From: Spirochaetia bacterium
GTDB taxonomy: Bacteria; Spirochaetota; Spirochaetia; SZUA-6; Bin103
Assembly (NCBI GenBank): GCA_965203055.1
Contig: OZ241863.1
Location: 576,001-640,000, forward strand
DNA: 64,000 nucleotides
Reading direction: 5' to 3'
Shown: positions 27,759-37,609 of the stretch, in pieces
Layout: the number at the start of each line of letters is the position of its first letter
Numbering within the stretch: position 1 is the stretch's first letter
Notes under the pieces: generated by a model
Database searches by the model: none
What the model saw: only the letters and a program-made list of their open reading frames with translations
Told to the model about the DNA's origin: nothing
Made by a program: the position numbers and the translations under genes

Positions 27759-28936
27759 ATGAAAGCAACAGGATTCACCCTGGCCGCCGTGCTGATGGCC
27801 GCCGGAGCCTGGGGCAACGAGCCCCCCCCCCCCCCCCGGATTGGCGCAGCATAGATCACATGGTACAGATCGACGTGATAATGAGCCCCGCAGACTGGCA
27901 TGCCTTGCGCTCGCAGAATCGAATCTTGAAAGATACCGATTGGTCCTGCGAACCGTTCGCAAGCCCGTTCACTTGGTTCACGACGGAGAGCGTAACGATT
28001 GACGGCCGGCCCTACGAACGGGCGCTCATTCGCAAGAAAGGTTTATTAGGTTCGTTGTCCAATACCAAGCCCTCGTTGAAGCTACGATTGGACAAGCACG
28101 TTGAGCAAGATCACTTCGGCACTACCCGGTTGACGCTCAACAACAGCAAACAGGATCAATCCATGGTCAACACGTGCTTGGCCTACGAAGTGTTTCGACG
28201 CGCCGGAATCCCTACCCCGTTATGCAACCTTGCCAGCGTGACCGTCAACGGTGAAGACATGGGTACCTACATCAACGTAGAAGACATGAAGACCGACTAC
28301 TTTGATCGAGCCTGGAACGGGCGCGGCAATCTGTACGAAGGTACGAAAAGCGATTTTCTGCCGGAGCTTACCGGCACCTTCGAGAAGAAGACCGAGAACC
28401 CCGGCTTGGGCTACATCGAGAAGATCACGGAGAGCATCGAGCGCAACGACGTCGCCGCGCTGGCGCGGCTGATCGACGTTGATAGGTTCCTTATGTTCTG
28501 GACGCTTGAATCACTTATCAACATCGAAGACGGATACACCCAAGGCATCAATAACTACTACTTTCACGAAAGCGCCGCCGGGTTGGTATTCATCCCCTGG
28601 GGACCCGACGACACGATGAGGGAACCCAAGGCAAGCGTAATGTGGCTACGCGGCGCCGTCAACCGCGCCCTGTTTCTGAACTACCAAGAGGAATACAAAG
28701 CCCGGATGCTGAGCCTGCTGGATACCGTATGGAACGAGATAGAGATGCTGCAGTACGCTACCCGCCTGGCGCATATCGCAGGCTGGAACCGCGATACCCT
28801 ACGGGTATTTCGGTTCATCACAAATCGCCGGGAGTACGTAGAAGCACGACTTAAGCGAGACCGCTTCTTGAACTACTACCTTGCCAACAAGAGATACGAA
28901 GGAGACTGCGCGGCCGCGCTTGGGGCCGGGCCGTGA
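27759..28936 (+). CDS. CotH kinase-family secreted protein, frameshifted at a C16 tract
   Basis: IRKKG, KPSLKL, LTLNN..QD, GNLYEG, NNYY, FIPW..D; signal peptide MKATGFTLAAVLMAAGAWG is out of frame across C16 at 27822-27837. Confidence 0.8.
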
Positions 28937-30823
28937 AAACCGAGAGCCGGCCGGGCCGGGCCGCGCTTGCCGCCGGCGCGCTTCCGGGTCGGTGCGCATC
29001 ATCGGGCCGCGCCCTGGGCCGGTGCGCACCATCGGCCCGCGCGGCGGCCGTGATCGACGTGCAGAGCCGCTGGCGCGCGGGCTCGGATTGCCGTAGAGGC
29101 GTTCGACGGTATGCTCCATAGCTTGGCGAGATGCGGATTGGTGGATGAGCCGTTCGATTTCCTGCATTGCTTCCGGTGAGGGGAGCGGTAATGCTTCCAG
29201 TTCGTATGCCGATACGGCTACGCTGCCGTTGATGCAGCGGAACAGTTGATCGACGACGGCGCTGTTCAGCAGGGCGGCCACGGCGGCCGGAGATACCCGC
29301 GGAGCGCCGTCGATTGGCCGGATCATGTTGAGGTGATTCTCGACCACGACGGCTTCGTGCTCAGCGATGAAGGATGCCGGCAGCTCCGCGGCGATCAGCC
29401 GCCGGCCCTGTTCCTTGGCGGTGGTCCTCTGCAGCAGCACGCACGGATAGTTCGTCACCACCCAGAGATTCTCTTCATTCGGCTCGAAGTATGGTTGGTG
29501 ATTCTTTCGTTGCGCGCGGAACTGGAACACGCCATCGGAGCGCACCGACTCCGCCCACAGCAACGGATAGCGCCCCTTGCCCGGTCCGTCGCGCAGGTTC
29601 CGCTTGTGTCGGTTCCAGACCAGAGGACCGGTGCTGACCCGGTAGCCGTAGTCAGCCAGCCGATACGGCAGTCGATCGGTTCGGCTCACCAAGCCGCGTT
29701 GCGCGGCGGCGCGCGGGATGATCCACGGTCGATCTGGGCATTCCGGCAGGCGGAACCATCCGGCCGCACACGTTCTGATTGAGCCGTCCGGTTCCGGTGA
29801 GATGAAGTGAACCGATCCTCGGCCGGCATGGCCGCCGCGTCGATACGCCGCCAGCATCGTCTCCTGCAGGACGCCGGCAAATACGCTCTTGCGTTCCGCG
29901 ACGAAGGCGATGCTCACCGGCGGCGCCTCGCGGCCGAGCAAAGCGCGCAGCGCCTTGAAGTACTCGCCGGCCAGGAAGCTGGTGGGCGTGACGTAGGCGA
30001 TCACCCCGCCGGTGCGGGCGAAGCGCACGGCCAGGTCGGTGAACAGACCGTACAGGTTCGCGTGACCGAACAGGCCGCGGCGGTACTTCGCGCGCAATTC
30101 CGCCGACAACGCCGCCCGGCCGTAGGGCGGATTGCCGACCACGAGATCGAACGGGTCGCCCTCCGGCGTCTGTTCCAGACTGTGACAGACGTGCACCACT
30201 TGCGGGAGGTGAGTCCCCGCAGCCCGGCAGAGATCGTCGAGCGTGACGTCCAGGAACACCTGCGCCATCCAGGCGGCGAACGGGTCTATCTCGAAGCCGC
30301 GCAGCCGCCGGACGATGTTTCTCAGCGCCGCCGCCGCGCCGGTATCCTGCAGATGCTCCGCCATGCGCCGCGCGACCGGTGACAGGAACGCGCCGCCGCC
30401 GCACGCGGGATCGAGCACGCGCGCGCGTCGCCAGTCGACGCCGGCCTCCGTTGCCATGTCGAGCAACCGTTCGCACAGCGCCGGCGGCGTATAGTAGGCG
30501 CCGAGCTTCGCGCGCAACTTCCCGGGCATGACGCCGGTGTAGAGCAGGCCAATGGCGTAGCCCGCCTGCGTCACGTCCAGTTCCGCCGCGCATCTCCCGA
30601 TGGCCGCCGCCAGTTCACTTTCGGTCTCCGGCAGCGAAGCGACTCCGGCGCCGGCCGGGAGTTCGCGGAGCGGCCAGGCAGGCGCCGATCGCGCATGCAG
30701 TTCGCGCCAGTAGGCGGTGAGCGCAACGAATACCATCGACCGCGCGAATCCCAACCGCTCATCCGCGCGGGCGCACTCCGCCAGAGCGCGGGCTTCTCGG
30801 AGCGCTTGCCGCACTACTCGCAT
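28799..30823 (-). CDS. N6-adenine DNA methyltransferase (BsuBI/PstI/Eco57I-like), orphan
   Basis: GAYYTP, VLDPACGGGAF, VVGNPPY, STGP.VWNR, VVENHLN; low-complexity C-terminal tail may be read-through. Confidence 0.88.
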   Translation of the reverse strand: MRVVRQALREARALAECARADERLGFARSMVFVALTAYWRELHARSAPAWPLRELPAGAGVASLPETESELAAAIGRCAAELDVTQAGYAIGLLYTGVMPGKLRAKLGAYYTPPALCERLLDMATEAGVDWRRARVLDPACGGGAFLSPVARRMAEHLQDTGAAAALRNIVRRLRGFEIDPFAAWMAQVFLDVTLDDLCRAAGTHLPQVVHVCHSLEQTPEGDPFDLVVGNPPYGRAALSAELRAKYRRGLFGHANLYGLFTDLAVRFARTGGVIAYVTPTSFLAGEYFKALRALLGREAPPVSIAFVAERKSVFAGVLQETMLAAYRRGGHAGRGSVHFISPEPDGSIRTCAAGWFRLPECPDRPWIIPRAAAQRGLVSRTDRLPYRLADYGYRVSTGPLVWNRHKRNLRDGPGKGRYPLLWAESVRSDGVFQFRAQRKNHQPYFEPNEENLWVVTNYPCVLLQRTTAKEQGRRLIAAELPASFIAEHEAVVVENHLNMIRPIDGAPRVSPAAVAALLNSAVVDQLFRCINGSVAVSAYELEALPLPSPEAMQEIERLIHQSASRQAMEHTVERLYGNPSPRASGSARRSRPPRGPMVRTGPGRGPMMRTDPEARRRQARPGPAGSRFSRPGPKRGRAVSFVSLVGKVVVQEAVSLKSCFYVLPAICDEPKYP

Positions 30824-30906
30824 TTCCCCGATTTGCCTCCGCACTCCATGCCGGTCACAACAACAAAATACGATTTTTCTGGGACGGAGCGTCTTCGACG
30901 ACCAGT

Positions 30907-30947
30907 GCGCCGCCATCGCAAGCGCCGCCGACGCCGCGCCGTTGTAG
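30907..30947 (+). repeat. ~40-bp direct repeat, left copy flanking rpn
   Basis: GCGCCGCCATCGCAAGCGCCGCCGACGCCGCGCCGTTGTAG. Confidence 0.85.
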
Positions 30948-31034
30948 GGGTATAGAATGGCGCCGCCACTGCACCAGCCGGCTAATCTGTTCCCCGGCCG
31001 CGTCCGGCACGGCGCCGCCATCGACGGAGACTCC

Positions 31035-32057
31035 ATGAACGACGAATCGTACAAGCGCCTGCTCGACCACCGGCGCACCGTCAAGGACCTGATCCTCGGC
31101 TTCATCGCCCGCCTGCGCCCGGCCGGTTGGGCCGACTCGCTCATCTTCGACTCGCTGCGCGAAGGTCCGGCCGAGTACGTCACCGACGACCTGCGGCGGC
31201 GCCTCAGCGACGTCGTCTGGTCGATCGACCGCCGCGCCGCCGACGGCAGCGTGCGGACCATTCAGGTGCTGATCGAGCATCAGTCGTCGGTGGACCACTC
31301 GATGCCGCTGCGGTTCCTGAACTACGGCAGCCTGATGTACCAGCGGAAGTACCGCGACCGCCGATGGCGCAAGGGCGATACCGTCGACCAGGTGCTGCAC
31401 GTGGTGCTGTACAACGGCGCCACCCGGTGGGACGCGCCGCGGTCGCTGGCGGAAATGGTGCCGGGGAGTGCGGAACACGACGGCCCCGCGCAGCTTGCGC
31501 TGAGCTATGACGTGGTTGATCTGGTAGCGGCGGAAGCGGATGACCTGCCGCGCCCGAACCTGATAACCTGGATGGCGGAAGTGGAGCGCAGCCGGCGCGC
31601 CGGGGAGCTGGCGGAGCGGGTGCGGGAGTTGGGACAGTGGCTCGCGGCGGAGGACGAGCCGGAGCTGACGAAGAGTTTCGACCTGTGGCTGGGAGCCTTG
31701 GGTGAAAAGTGGGGCGTGGAGTTACCGTCGATTCGCGACTACAAGGAGACAAGCGCAATGCTGTTAGAGAGGATCGATCGCTGGGGAGCTGAGCTCCGCC
31801 AGGAAGGCCGGTTGCAAGGCCGGCAAGAGGGCCGGCAGGAAGGCCAACGGGAAGGCGAGTTGAAAGGCCGGCAGGAAGGCCGGCAGGAAGGCGAGTTGAA
31901 GGGCCGCCGGGAGGGGCGGCTGGAGACCATCGACGGGCTCCTGCGGGCCGGCATCGGGTGGCCGGTGATCCACTCCGCCACCGGTATCGACGAGTCCACC
32001 TACCGTACCCTCAAGCGCGACGCCAACGGCACGGAGCAGGCCGCGCCCCGCCAATAA
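31035..32057 (+). CDS. Rpn family recombination-promoting nuclease / putative transposase (PD-(D/E)XK)
   Basis: D..YKRL, RR.SDVVW, LIEHQS..D..MPLR, VVLYNG...W, C-terminal EGRQEG repeats. Confidence 0.9.
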   Translation: MNDESYKRLLDHRRTVKDLILGFIARLRPAGWADSLIFDSLREGPAEYVTDDLRRRLSDVVWSIDRRAADGSVRTIQVLIEHQSSVDHSMPLRFLNYGSLMYQRKYRDRRWRKGDTVDQVLHVVLYNGATRWDAPRSLAEMVPGSAEHDGPAQLALSYDVVDLVAAEADDLPRPNLITWMAEVERSRRAGELAERVRELGQWLAAEDEPELTKSFDLWLGALGEKWGVELPSIRDYKETSAMLLERIDRWGAELRQEGRLQGRQEGRQEGQREGELKGRQEGRQEGELKGRREGRLETIDGLLRAGIGWPVIHSATGIDESTYRTLKRDANGTEQAAPRQ

Positions 32058-32066
32058 TTCCCCGCC

Positions 32067-32106
32067 GCGCCGCCATGCAAGCGCCGCCGACGCCGCGCCG
32101 TGGTAG
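32067..32106 (+). repeat. ~40-bp direct repeat, right copy flanking rpn
   Basis: GCGCCGCCATGCAAGCGCCGCCGACGCCGCGCCGTGGTAG (1 indel and 1 mismatch versus the left copy). Confidence 0.85.
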
Positions 32107-32199
32107 CAGTCAGAGAAGTGGAACGTGGAGTTGCCGTCGATCCGCATGATCCGCCTGCCGGGGCCGTTGCTTCCGGCGCGCCGCCTTGGTAGGTTCCCC

Positions 32200-32997
32200 T
32201 TGAACGTGAGCACTATCGGTTTCATCGGGGGCGGCAACATGGGACTCGCGCTGGCGCGGTGCCTGCAAGGCGCCGGCTTGGCCGAGCGGATCGCCGTGTA
32301 CGACACGCGCGCCGAACGCGGGGCGCTGTTCAGCCGCGAGCTGACCGGCGTGACGGTGGCCGCCGACGCCGGCGAGGTGTGCCGCGCCGCCGACGCCTCC
32401 TTTCTGGCGGTCAAGCCGCAGGACGTCACCGCGGCCACCGCCGCGCTTGGCGGCAGCGGCGGCCTGATCATCTCCATCGTCGCCGGCGTATCGTTGGCGC
32501 GGCTGGCGGCGCGCCTGCCGCGCGCGCGGCTGGTGCGGGTCATGCCCAACACCCCGTGTCTGGTGGGAGCGATGGCGGCGGGATTCGCGCTGGGCGCGGG
32601 CGCCGGCGCCCGCGACCGGGCGCTGGTGGGCCGCCTGCTGGCGGCGGCCGGAGCGGCCTGCGAAGTGCCGGAAGAACACCTGGACGCGGTGACCGGCCTC
32701 AGCGGCTCGGGACCTGCCTACTTCGCGCGCCTCATCGAATGGCTCAGCGCCGCCGGCGTGCGCCAGGGGCTGGCGCCGGAGGTCGCCGCGGCGCTCACCG
32801 TGCAGACCGCGCTCGGCACCGCCCTGCTCATGCGGCAACGCGCCATGGCGCCCGGCGACTTGGTGGACATGGTCAGCTCGCCCGGCGGAACCACCGTCGC
32901 CGGGCGCCGCGAGCTGGAGTCGGGAGCGGTGCGCGCGGCCCTGGAGCGCACCGTGGCCGCGGCCACCGCCCGCAGCCGGGAACTGGGGAGCGCCTGA
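32200..32997 (+). CDS. proC: Pyrroline-5-carboxylate reductase
   Basis: IGFIGGGNMG, AVKPQ, RVMPNTP, TGLSGSGPAY, SPGGTT. Confidence 0.95.
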   Translation: MNVSTIGFIGGGNMGLALARCLQGAGLAERIAVYDTRAERGALFSRELTGVTVAADAGEVCRAADASFLAVKPQDVTAATAALGGSGGLIISIVAGVSLARLAARLPRARLVRVMPNTPCLVGAMAAGFALGAGAGARDRALVGRLLAAAGAACEVPEEHLDAVTGLSGSGPAYFARLIEWLSAAGVRQGLAPEVAAALTVQTALGTALLMRQRAMAPGDLVDMVSSPGGTTVAGRRELESGAVRAALERTVAAATARSRELGSA

Positions 32998-33000
32998 GAC

Positions 33001-34311
33001 ATGGCCCCTGCGGCACCTGATTCCTCGGCCGCCGCGGTGCGGGAGATGGCCCTGGCGGCGCGCGCCGCCGGCTACCGCCTGGCCGCCGCCTCGAGCTCGG
33101 CCAAGGACGCCGCCCTGGAGCGGATCGCCGCCAACCTGGAGGCGCGGCGCGGCGCCATCCTGGCCGCCAACCGGGCCGATCTGGACCAGGCCGCCGCGGG
33201 CGGCGTGGCGCCGCCGCTGATCGAGCGCCTCGGCCTGGAGAAGAAGTTCGCCGGCGTGGTGGAGGGAGTGCGCCAACTGCGCGCGCTGCCCGACCCGGTG
33301 GGCGCGGTGCAGTGGCGCCGCCGGTTGGACGACGACTTCGAGTTGACCCGGGTCGCGGTGCCGATCGGGGTGCTGGGGGTGGTGTTCGAGTCGCGCCCCG
33401 ACGCGCTGGTGCAGATCGCGGCGCTGTGCCTGAAGTCCGGCAACGCCGCCATCCTCAAGGGGGGCTCGGAGGCGAGCCGGACCAACGCCGCGCTGTTCGC
33501 CGCCATCGCCGCCGCGTTGGACGCCGATCCGGCATTGGCGGGCGCGCTGCACCTGGCGGCCACGCGCGCCGAGATCCAGTCTCTGCTGGCGTTGGACGAG
33601 CTGGTGGACCTGATCATCCCGCGCGGCAGCAACGAGTTGGTGCGGAACATCAAGGACGCCACCCGCATCCCGGTGTTGGGCCACGCCGACGGGATCTGCC
33701 ACGTGTACGTGGACGCCGCCGCCGACCTGGCCATGGCGGCGCGCATCACCCTCGATGCCAAGACCCAATACCCGGCGGTGTGCAACGCCGTCGAAACGCT
33801 GCTGGTGCACGCCGCGGTGGCCGAACGCTTCCTGCCCGCCGCGGCCGCGGAGCTGCGCGCCGCCGGGGTGGAGTTGCGCGGCGACGCCGCGGCCTGCGCG
33901 CTGATCGACGCCGCCCCGGCCGGGGAGGCCGATTGGGACGCCGAGTACCTGGACCTGGTGCTGGCGATCAAGGTGGTGGAGAGCCGCGCCGCGGCGATCG
34001 AGTTCATCAACGCCCACGGCAGCCACCACACCGATGCGATCGTTACCGGCGACGCCGCGGCCGCCGGCGAGTTCCTGGCGCGGGTCGATTCCGCCACCGT
34101 GTTGTGGAACGCCTCGACGCGCTTCGCCGACGGCTTCCGCTTCGGCATGGGGGCGGAGGTCGGCATCTCCACCAACCGCATTCACGCGCGCGGGCCGGTG
34201 GGTCTCGACGGGTTGGTGACCTACAAGTATCAGGTGCGCGGCAGCGGCCAGGTGGTGGCCGACTACGAGAGCGGCGCGCGCCGGTATCGCTTCGCGGAGC
34301 TCCCGCCGTGA
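33001..34311 (+). CDS. proA: Glutamate-5-semialdehyde dehydrogenase
   Basis: [46 protein letters not shown]. Confidence 0.96.
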   Translation: MAPAAPDSSAAAVREMALAARAAGYRLAAASSSAKDAALERIAANLEARRGAILAANRADLDQAAAGGVAPPLIERLGLEKKFAGVVEGVRQLRALPDPVGAVQWRRRLDDDFELTRVAVPIGVLGVVFESRPDALVQIAALCLKSGNAAILKGGSEASRTNAALFAAIAAALDADPALAGALHLAATRAEIQSLLALDELVDLIIPRGSNELVRNIKDATRIPVLGHADGICHVYVDAAADLAMAARITLDAKTQYPAVCNAVETLLVHAAVAERFLPAAAAELRAAGVELRGDAAACALIDAAPAGEADWDAEYLDLVLAIKVVESRAAAIEFINAHGSHHTDAIVTGDAAAAGEFLARVDSATVLWNASTRFADGFRFGMGAEVGISTNRIHARGPVGLDGLVTYKYQVRGSGQVVADYESGARRYRFAELPP

Positions 34312-35147
34312 CGCGCCTGATCAAGATCGGCAGCGGCCTCATCGGACCCTCCGGGCGTCTGGATCACGTGTTCCTGGTAACCAAGTGCGCGGAAATCGCG
34401 GCGCTGATGGATGCCGGCGACCGCATTGTGCTGGTCAGCTCCGGGGCGGTCGCGGCCGGCATGGAGGTGACCGGGTTCGCGCAGCGCCCGGCGGAGGCCC
34501 TGGAGTTGCAGCTCCTGGCCGGCATCGGGCAGACCCGGTTGATGAAGTACTACCGCGACTACCTCGGCTACTACGACCGCCAGACGGCGCAGTTGCTCCT
34601 GACTCACTACAGCTTCGCCACGCCGCGCGAGGAGCGCACCGTGACCGAGCTGCTGCTGGCGTATCTGCAGCGCGGGATCGTGCCGATCATCAACGAGAAC
34701 GACATGGTGAACAAGGAGGAGCTGGAGCACCGCGGCCGCTTTACCGACAACGATATTCTGGCCGCCCTGGTGGCCGAGCGCCTGCACGTCGATCAGGCGC
34801 TGCTGCTCACCGACGTGGCCGGGCTGATGCATCGCCGGGAGGGCGCGGACGGCGCCGCGGCGGACACGCTGGTGCGCACCGTGCCGGCGGTGACCGAGGA
34901 GATCAAGGCGCTGGCCTGGGGCACGCGGTCGGCGGTCGGGCTGGGCGGCATGTTTTCCAAGGTGGTGGCCGCCGAACGGATGACGGCCTGCGGCATCGAG
35001 GTGATCGTCGGCAACGGCCGCCTGCCGCTCGACCGGCTGCTCCATGATCCCGCGCAGCGCACCCTGTTCCTCGCGCAGCGGGCGATCGAACCGCCTGCGG
35101 CGCCGGCAGCTTCCGCGCCCGCCGGCCAGGCCGCCGCCGCGGGCTAG
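34308..35147 (+). CDS. proB: Glutamate 5-kinase (no PUA domain)
   Basis: [33 protein letters not shown]. Confidence 0.92.
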   Translation: MTRLIKIGSGLIGPSGRLDHVFLVTKCAEIAALMDAGDRIVLVSSGAVAAGMEVTGFAQRPAEALELQLLAGIGQTRLMKYYRDYLGYYDRQTAQLLLTHYSFATPREERTVTELLLAYLQRGIVPIINENDMVNKEELEHRGRFTDNDILAALVAERLHVDQALLLTDVAGLMHRREGADGAAADTLVRTVPAVTEEIKALAWGTRSAVGLGGMFSKVVAAERMTACGIEVIVGNGRLPLDRLLHDPAQRTLFLAQRAIEPPAAPAASAPAGQAAAAG

Positions 35148-36427
35148 CGCGCGGCGGCGGCCAGCGCCTCCGCCAGGGCCGCGCACTCGGCGCGGGTGTG
35201 GGCGGTGGCGAGGAACCCCACCTCGTAACCGGAGGGCGGCAGGTAGAGTCCGCGCTCCAGGAAGCCGGCGTAGGCGCGGTTGAAGCGCTCGATCGCCGGC
35301 TCGGCAATCTGATGCGCCGCCCGCGGCGGGCCGGAGGAAGCGTAGTAGGGCCACAGCATCGATCCGCGGCGGATGAGCTGCAGCCCCGGCGCGGCCGCCG
35401 CCCGCACCGCCTGCTCCACGGCCGCGCCGAGCGCTTCCAGCTCGGCGTAGCGCTGCGGATCGGCCAGCGCCTGCAGGGTAGCGCTGCCGGCCGCCACCGA
35501 CAGCGGGTTGCCGCTCAGGGTGCCGGCCTGGTACACCGGCCCGGCCGGCGCCAGCAGCTCCAGCAGTCGGGCGCTGCCGGCCACGGCGCCGATCGGCAGG
35601 CCGCCGCCGATGATCTTGCCGAGGGTGATCAGGTCGGGCTGCAGCCGCGCGGCCGCCGCCGAGGCCCCGTAGCGCAAGCGGAAGCCGGTGATCACCTCGT
35701 CCGCAATGAGCAGCGCGCCCGCGCGGCGGGTCACCGCGGCGACGTGGTCGAGAAATTCGGCGCGCTGCGGCAGCAGCCCATTGTTGGCCGGCACCGGCTC
35801 CAGGATGGTGGCGGCGATTTCGCTGCCGCGGGCGGCGAAGGCGGCGCTCGCCGATTCCTCGTCATCCAACCGCGCCACCAGCGTGGCCGCGGCGGTGGCC
35901 GCCGGCACTCCTGCGGAGCTGGCCAGCCCGGTGGTGGCCAGCCCGGATCCGGCCTTGACCAGCAGGCTGTCGTGATGGCCGTGGTAGCCGCCTTCGAACT
36001 TGAGGATCAGCGGCCGGCCGGTGGCGCCGCGGGCAATGCGCAGGGCGGTCATCACCGCCTCGGTACCGGAACTCACCAGGCGCACCCGCTCGGCGCCGGG
36101 ATAACCGTTCAGAATCAGCTCCGCCAGCTCCGCCTCCGCGGCGTGGCAGGCGCCGAAGGAGAGCCCGCGCGCGGCCGCCTCCCGCACCGCGCGCACTACC
36201 TCCGGGTGGGCGTGGCCGAGGATCAGCGGCCCCCAGGACTGGCAGAAGTCGACGTAATCGTGGCCGTCCGCGTCCCGCATCCGGCTGCCGCTGCCGCGCG
36301 CGAAGAACACCGGCGTGCCTCCCACCGCCCCGAACGCCCGCACCGGGCTGTTGACGCCGCCCGGCAACCGCTCCACGGCCCGCGCGTAGAGGCGCGCCGA
36401 TTCCGGCCGCTGCCTTGTCCCGCTCAT
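35144..36427 (-). CDS. hemL: Glutamate-1-semialdehyde 2,1-aminomutase
   Basis: PGGVNSPVRAF, SWGPLILGH, SGTEA, GKIIGGGLP, YQAGTLSGNP. Confidence 0.96.
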   Translation of the reverse strand: MSGTRQRPESARLYARAVERLPGGVNSPVRAFGAVGGTPVFFARGSGSRMRDADGHDYVDFCQSWGPLILGHAHPEVVRAVREAAARGLSFGACHAAEAELAELILNGYPGAERVRLVSSGTEAVMTALRIARGATGRPLILKFEGGYHGHHDSLLVKAGSGLATTGLASSAGVPAATAAATLVARLDDEESASAAFAARGSEIAATILEPVPANNGLLPQRAEFLDHVAAVTRRAGALLIADEVITGFRLRYGASAAAARLQPDLITLGKIIGGGLPIGAVAGSARLLELLAPAGPVYQAGTLSGNPLSVAAGSATLQALADPQRYAELEALGAAVEQAVRAAAAPGLQLIRRGSMLWPYYASSGPPRAAHQIAEPAIERFNRAYAGFLERGLYLPPSGYEVGFLATAHTRAECAALAEALAAAAR

Positions 36428-37608
36428 GTTCCCGTCAACCTCCAAAGGCGCCAGCGCGCATCCCGACTGGTGCGCTCGACCCCCGGCGGCGCCCCGCCGC
36501 CGGCCCACGCCGCCACCGCCCGCAGACAATCCGCCGCCGAACCGCGCAGCCGATAGCTCCGCCAGGCGCCGGCGCCGGCGGCAGGGTCCGCGCCGCCCGC
36601 GGCGGCGAAGCCGTAATCCAGTATCCAGCCCTGATCCTCCGCCGGCCTGGCGTACGCGCCGCAGGCGGCGGCGCAGCCGCCGCCGAGCGCCTGCAGCAGG
36701 GAGCGTTCCAGGGTAACCGCGGCGCGGGTGGCGGCGTGGTCGACCGCCGCCAGCCGCGCCGCGGCCGCGCTCGCCGGGCGCGCCTGCACTGCCACCGCCC
36801 CCTGCCCCGGGGCCGGCGCCCAGCGCTCCGGCGGAAGCGCCACCAGGCGCAGGCCGGCGACCGCCGCGCGCAGGCGCTGCAGCCCGGCCGCGGCCAGCAG
36901 CAGCGCCGCCACGCCGCCTTCGCGGCAGCGCCGCAGGCGGGTCGGAACGTTGCCGCGCAGCGCGGTCGGGCGCGCTTGCGGCGCGTAGTGGCGCAGCAGC
37001 GCGGCGCGGCGCGGCGAGCTGGTGCCCACCGCGGCGCCGGGCCGCAGCCCGAGCGGCGCCGCCGGCGCGAACCAGCGCGGCGCGATTACCAGCACGTCGT
37101 GCGCCGCGGCGCGCGGCAGGATGGCGGCCAGACACAGCTCCGGGGGCTGCTCCAGGGGCAGGTCCTTGAGCGAGTGGACCGCCGCCTGCGCCGCGCCGTC
37201 CCGCACCGCGGCCGCGACTTCCGCGGTGAACAGCCCCGGACTGGTACGGGCGAGGGCGGCCAGAGACGCGGCGCCGCCGCCCGCGCCCGCCGCGCCCGGC
37301 GCCGCGCTGCGGTCGCCGCGCGTGGTCACCGGCATGATGCGCCACGCAGCGCCCCCTTCCGCGGCGCTCAGCGCCGCCTGCACCAGGCGCGCCTGCGCCA
37401 GCGCCAGGGCGCTGCCGCGGGTGGCGAGCACCAGCCCGGGCGGCGCGCCGCCCGCCGCTGCCGTGCCGGCCGGCGCCGCGCGGACCGCCGCCCCGCGGCC
37501 CCCGGCGCCGGCCGCCGCCGCCGGCCGGCCCGCGCCGTTGCCGCCGTCCGCGCCGTTGGCCGAGCGCGCGGCGCCCGGCGCGCGCTCAGGCCGGGAAGTG
37601 GCGGCCAA
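36424..37608 (-). CDS. hemC: Hydroxymethylbilane synthase
   Basis: ATRGS.LALAQ, VHSLKDLP, GTSSPRR, LRGNV.TRL, PAPGQG, LGGGC; start uncertain. Confidence 0.9.
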   Translation of the reverse strand: MAATSRPERAPGAARSANGADGGNGAGRPAAAAGAGGRGAAVRAAPAGTAAAGGAPPGLVLATRGSALALAQARLVQAALSAAEGGAAWRIMPVTTRGDRSAAPGAAGAGGGAASLAALARTSPGLFTAEVAAAVRDGAAQAAVHSLKDLPLEQPPELCLAAILPRAAAHDVLVIAPRWFAPAAPLGLRPGAAVGTSSPRRAALLRHYAPQARPTALRGNVPTRLRRCREGGVAALLLAAAGLQRLRAAVAGLRLVALPPERWAPAPGQGAVAVQARPASAAAARLAAVDHAATRAAVTLERSLLQALGGGCAAACGAYARPAEDQGWILDYGFAAAGGADPAAGAGAWRSYRLRGSAADCLRAVAAWAGGGAPPGVERTSRDARWRLWRLTGT

Positions 37609-37609
37609 G

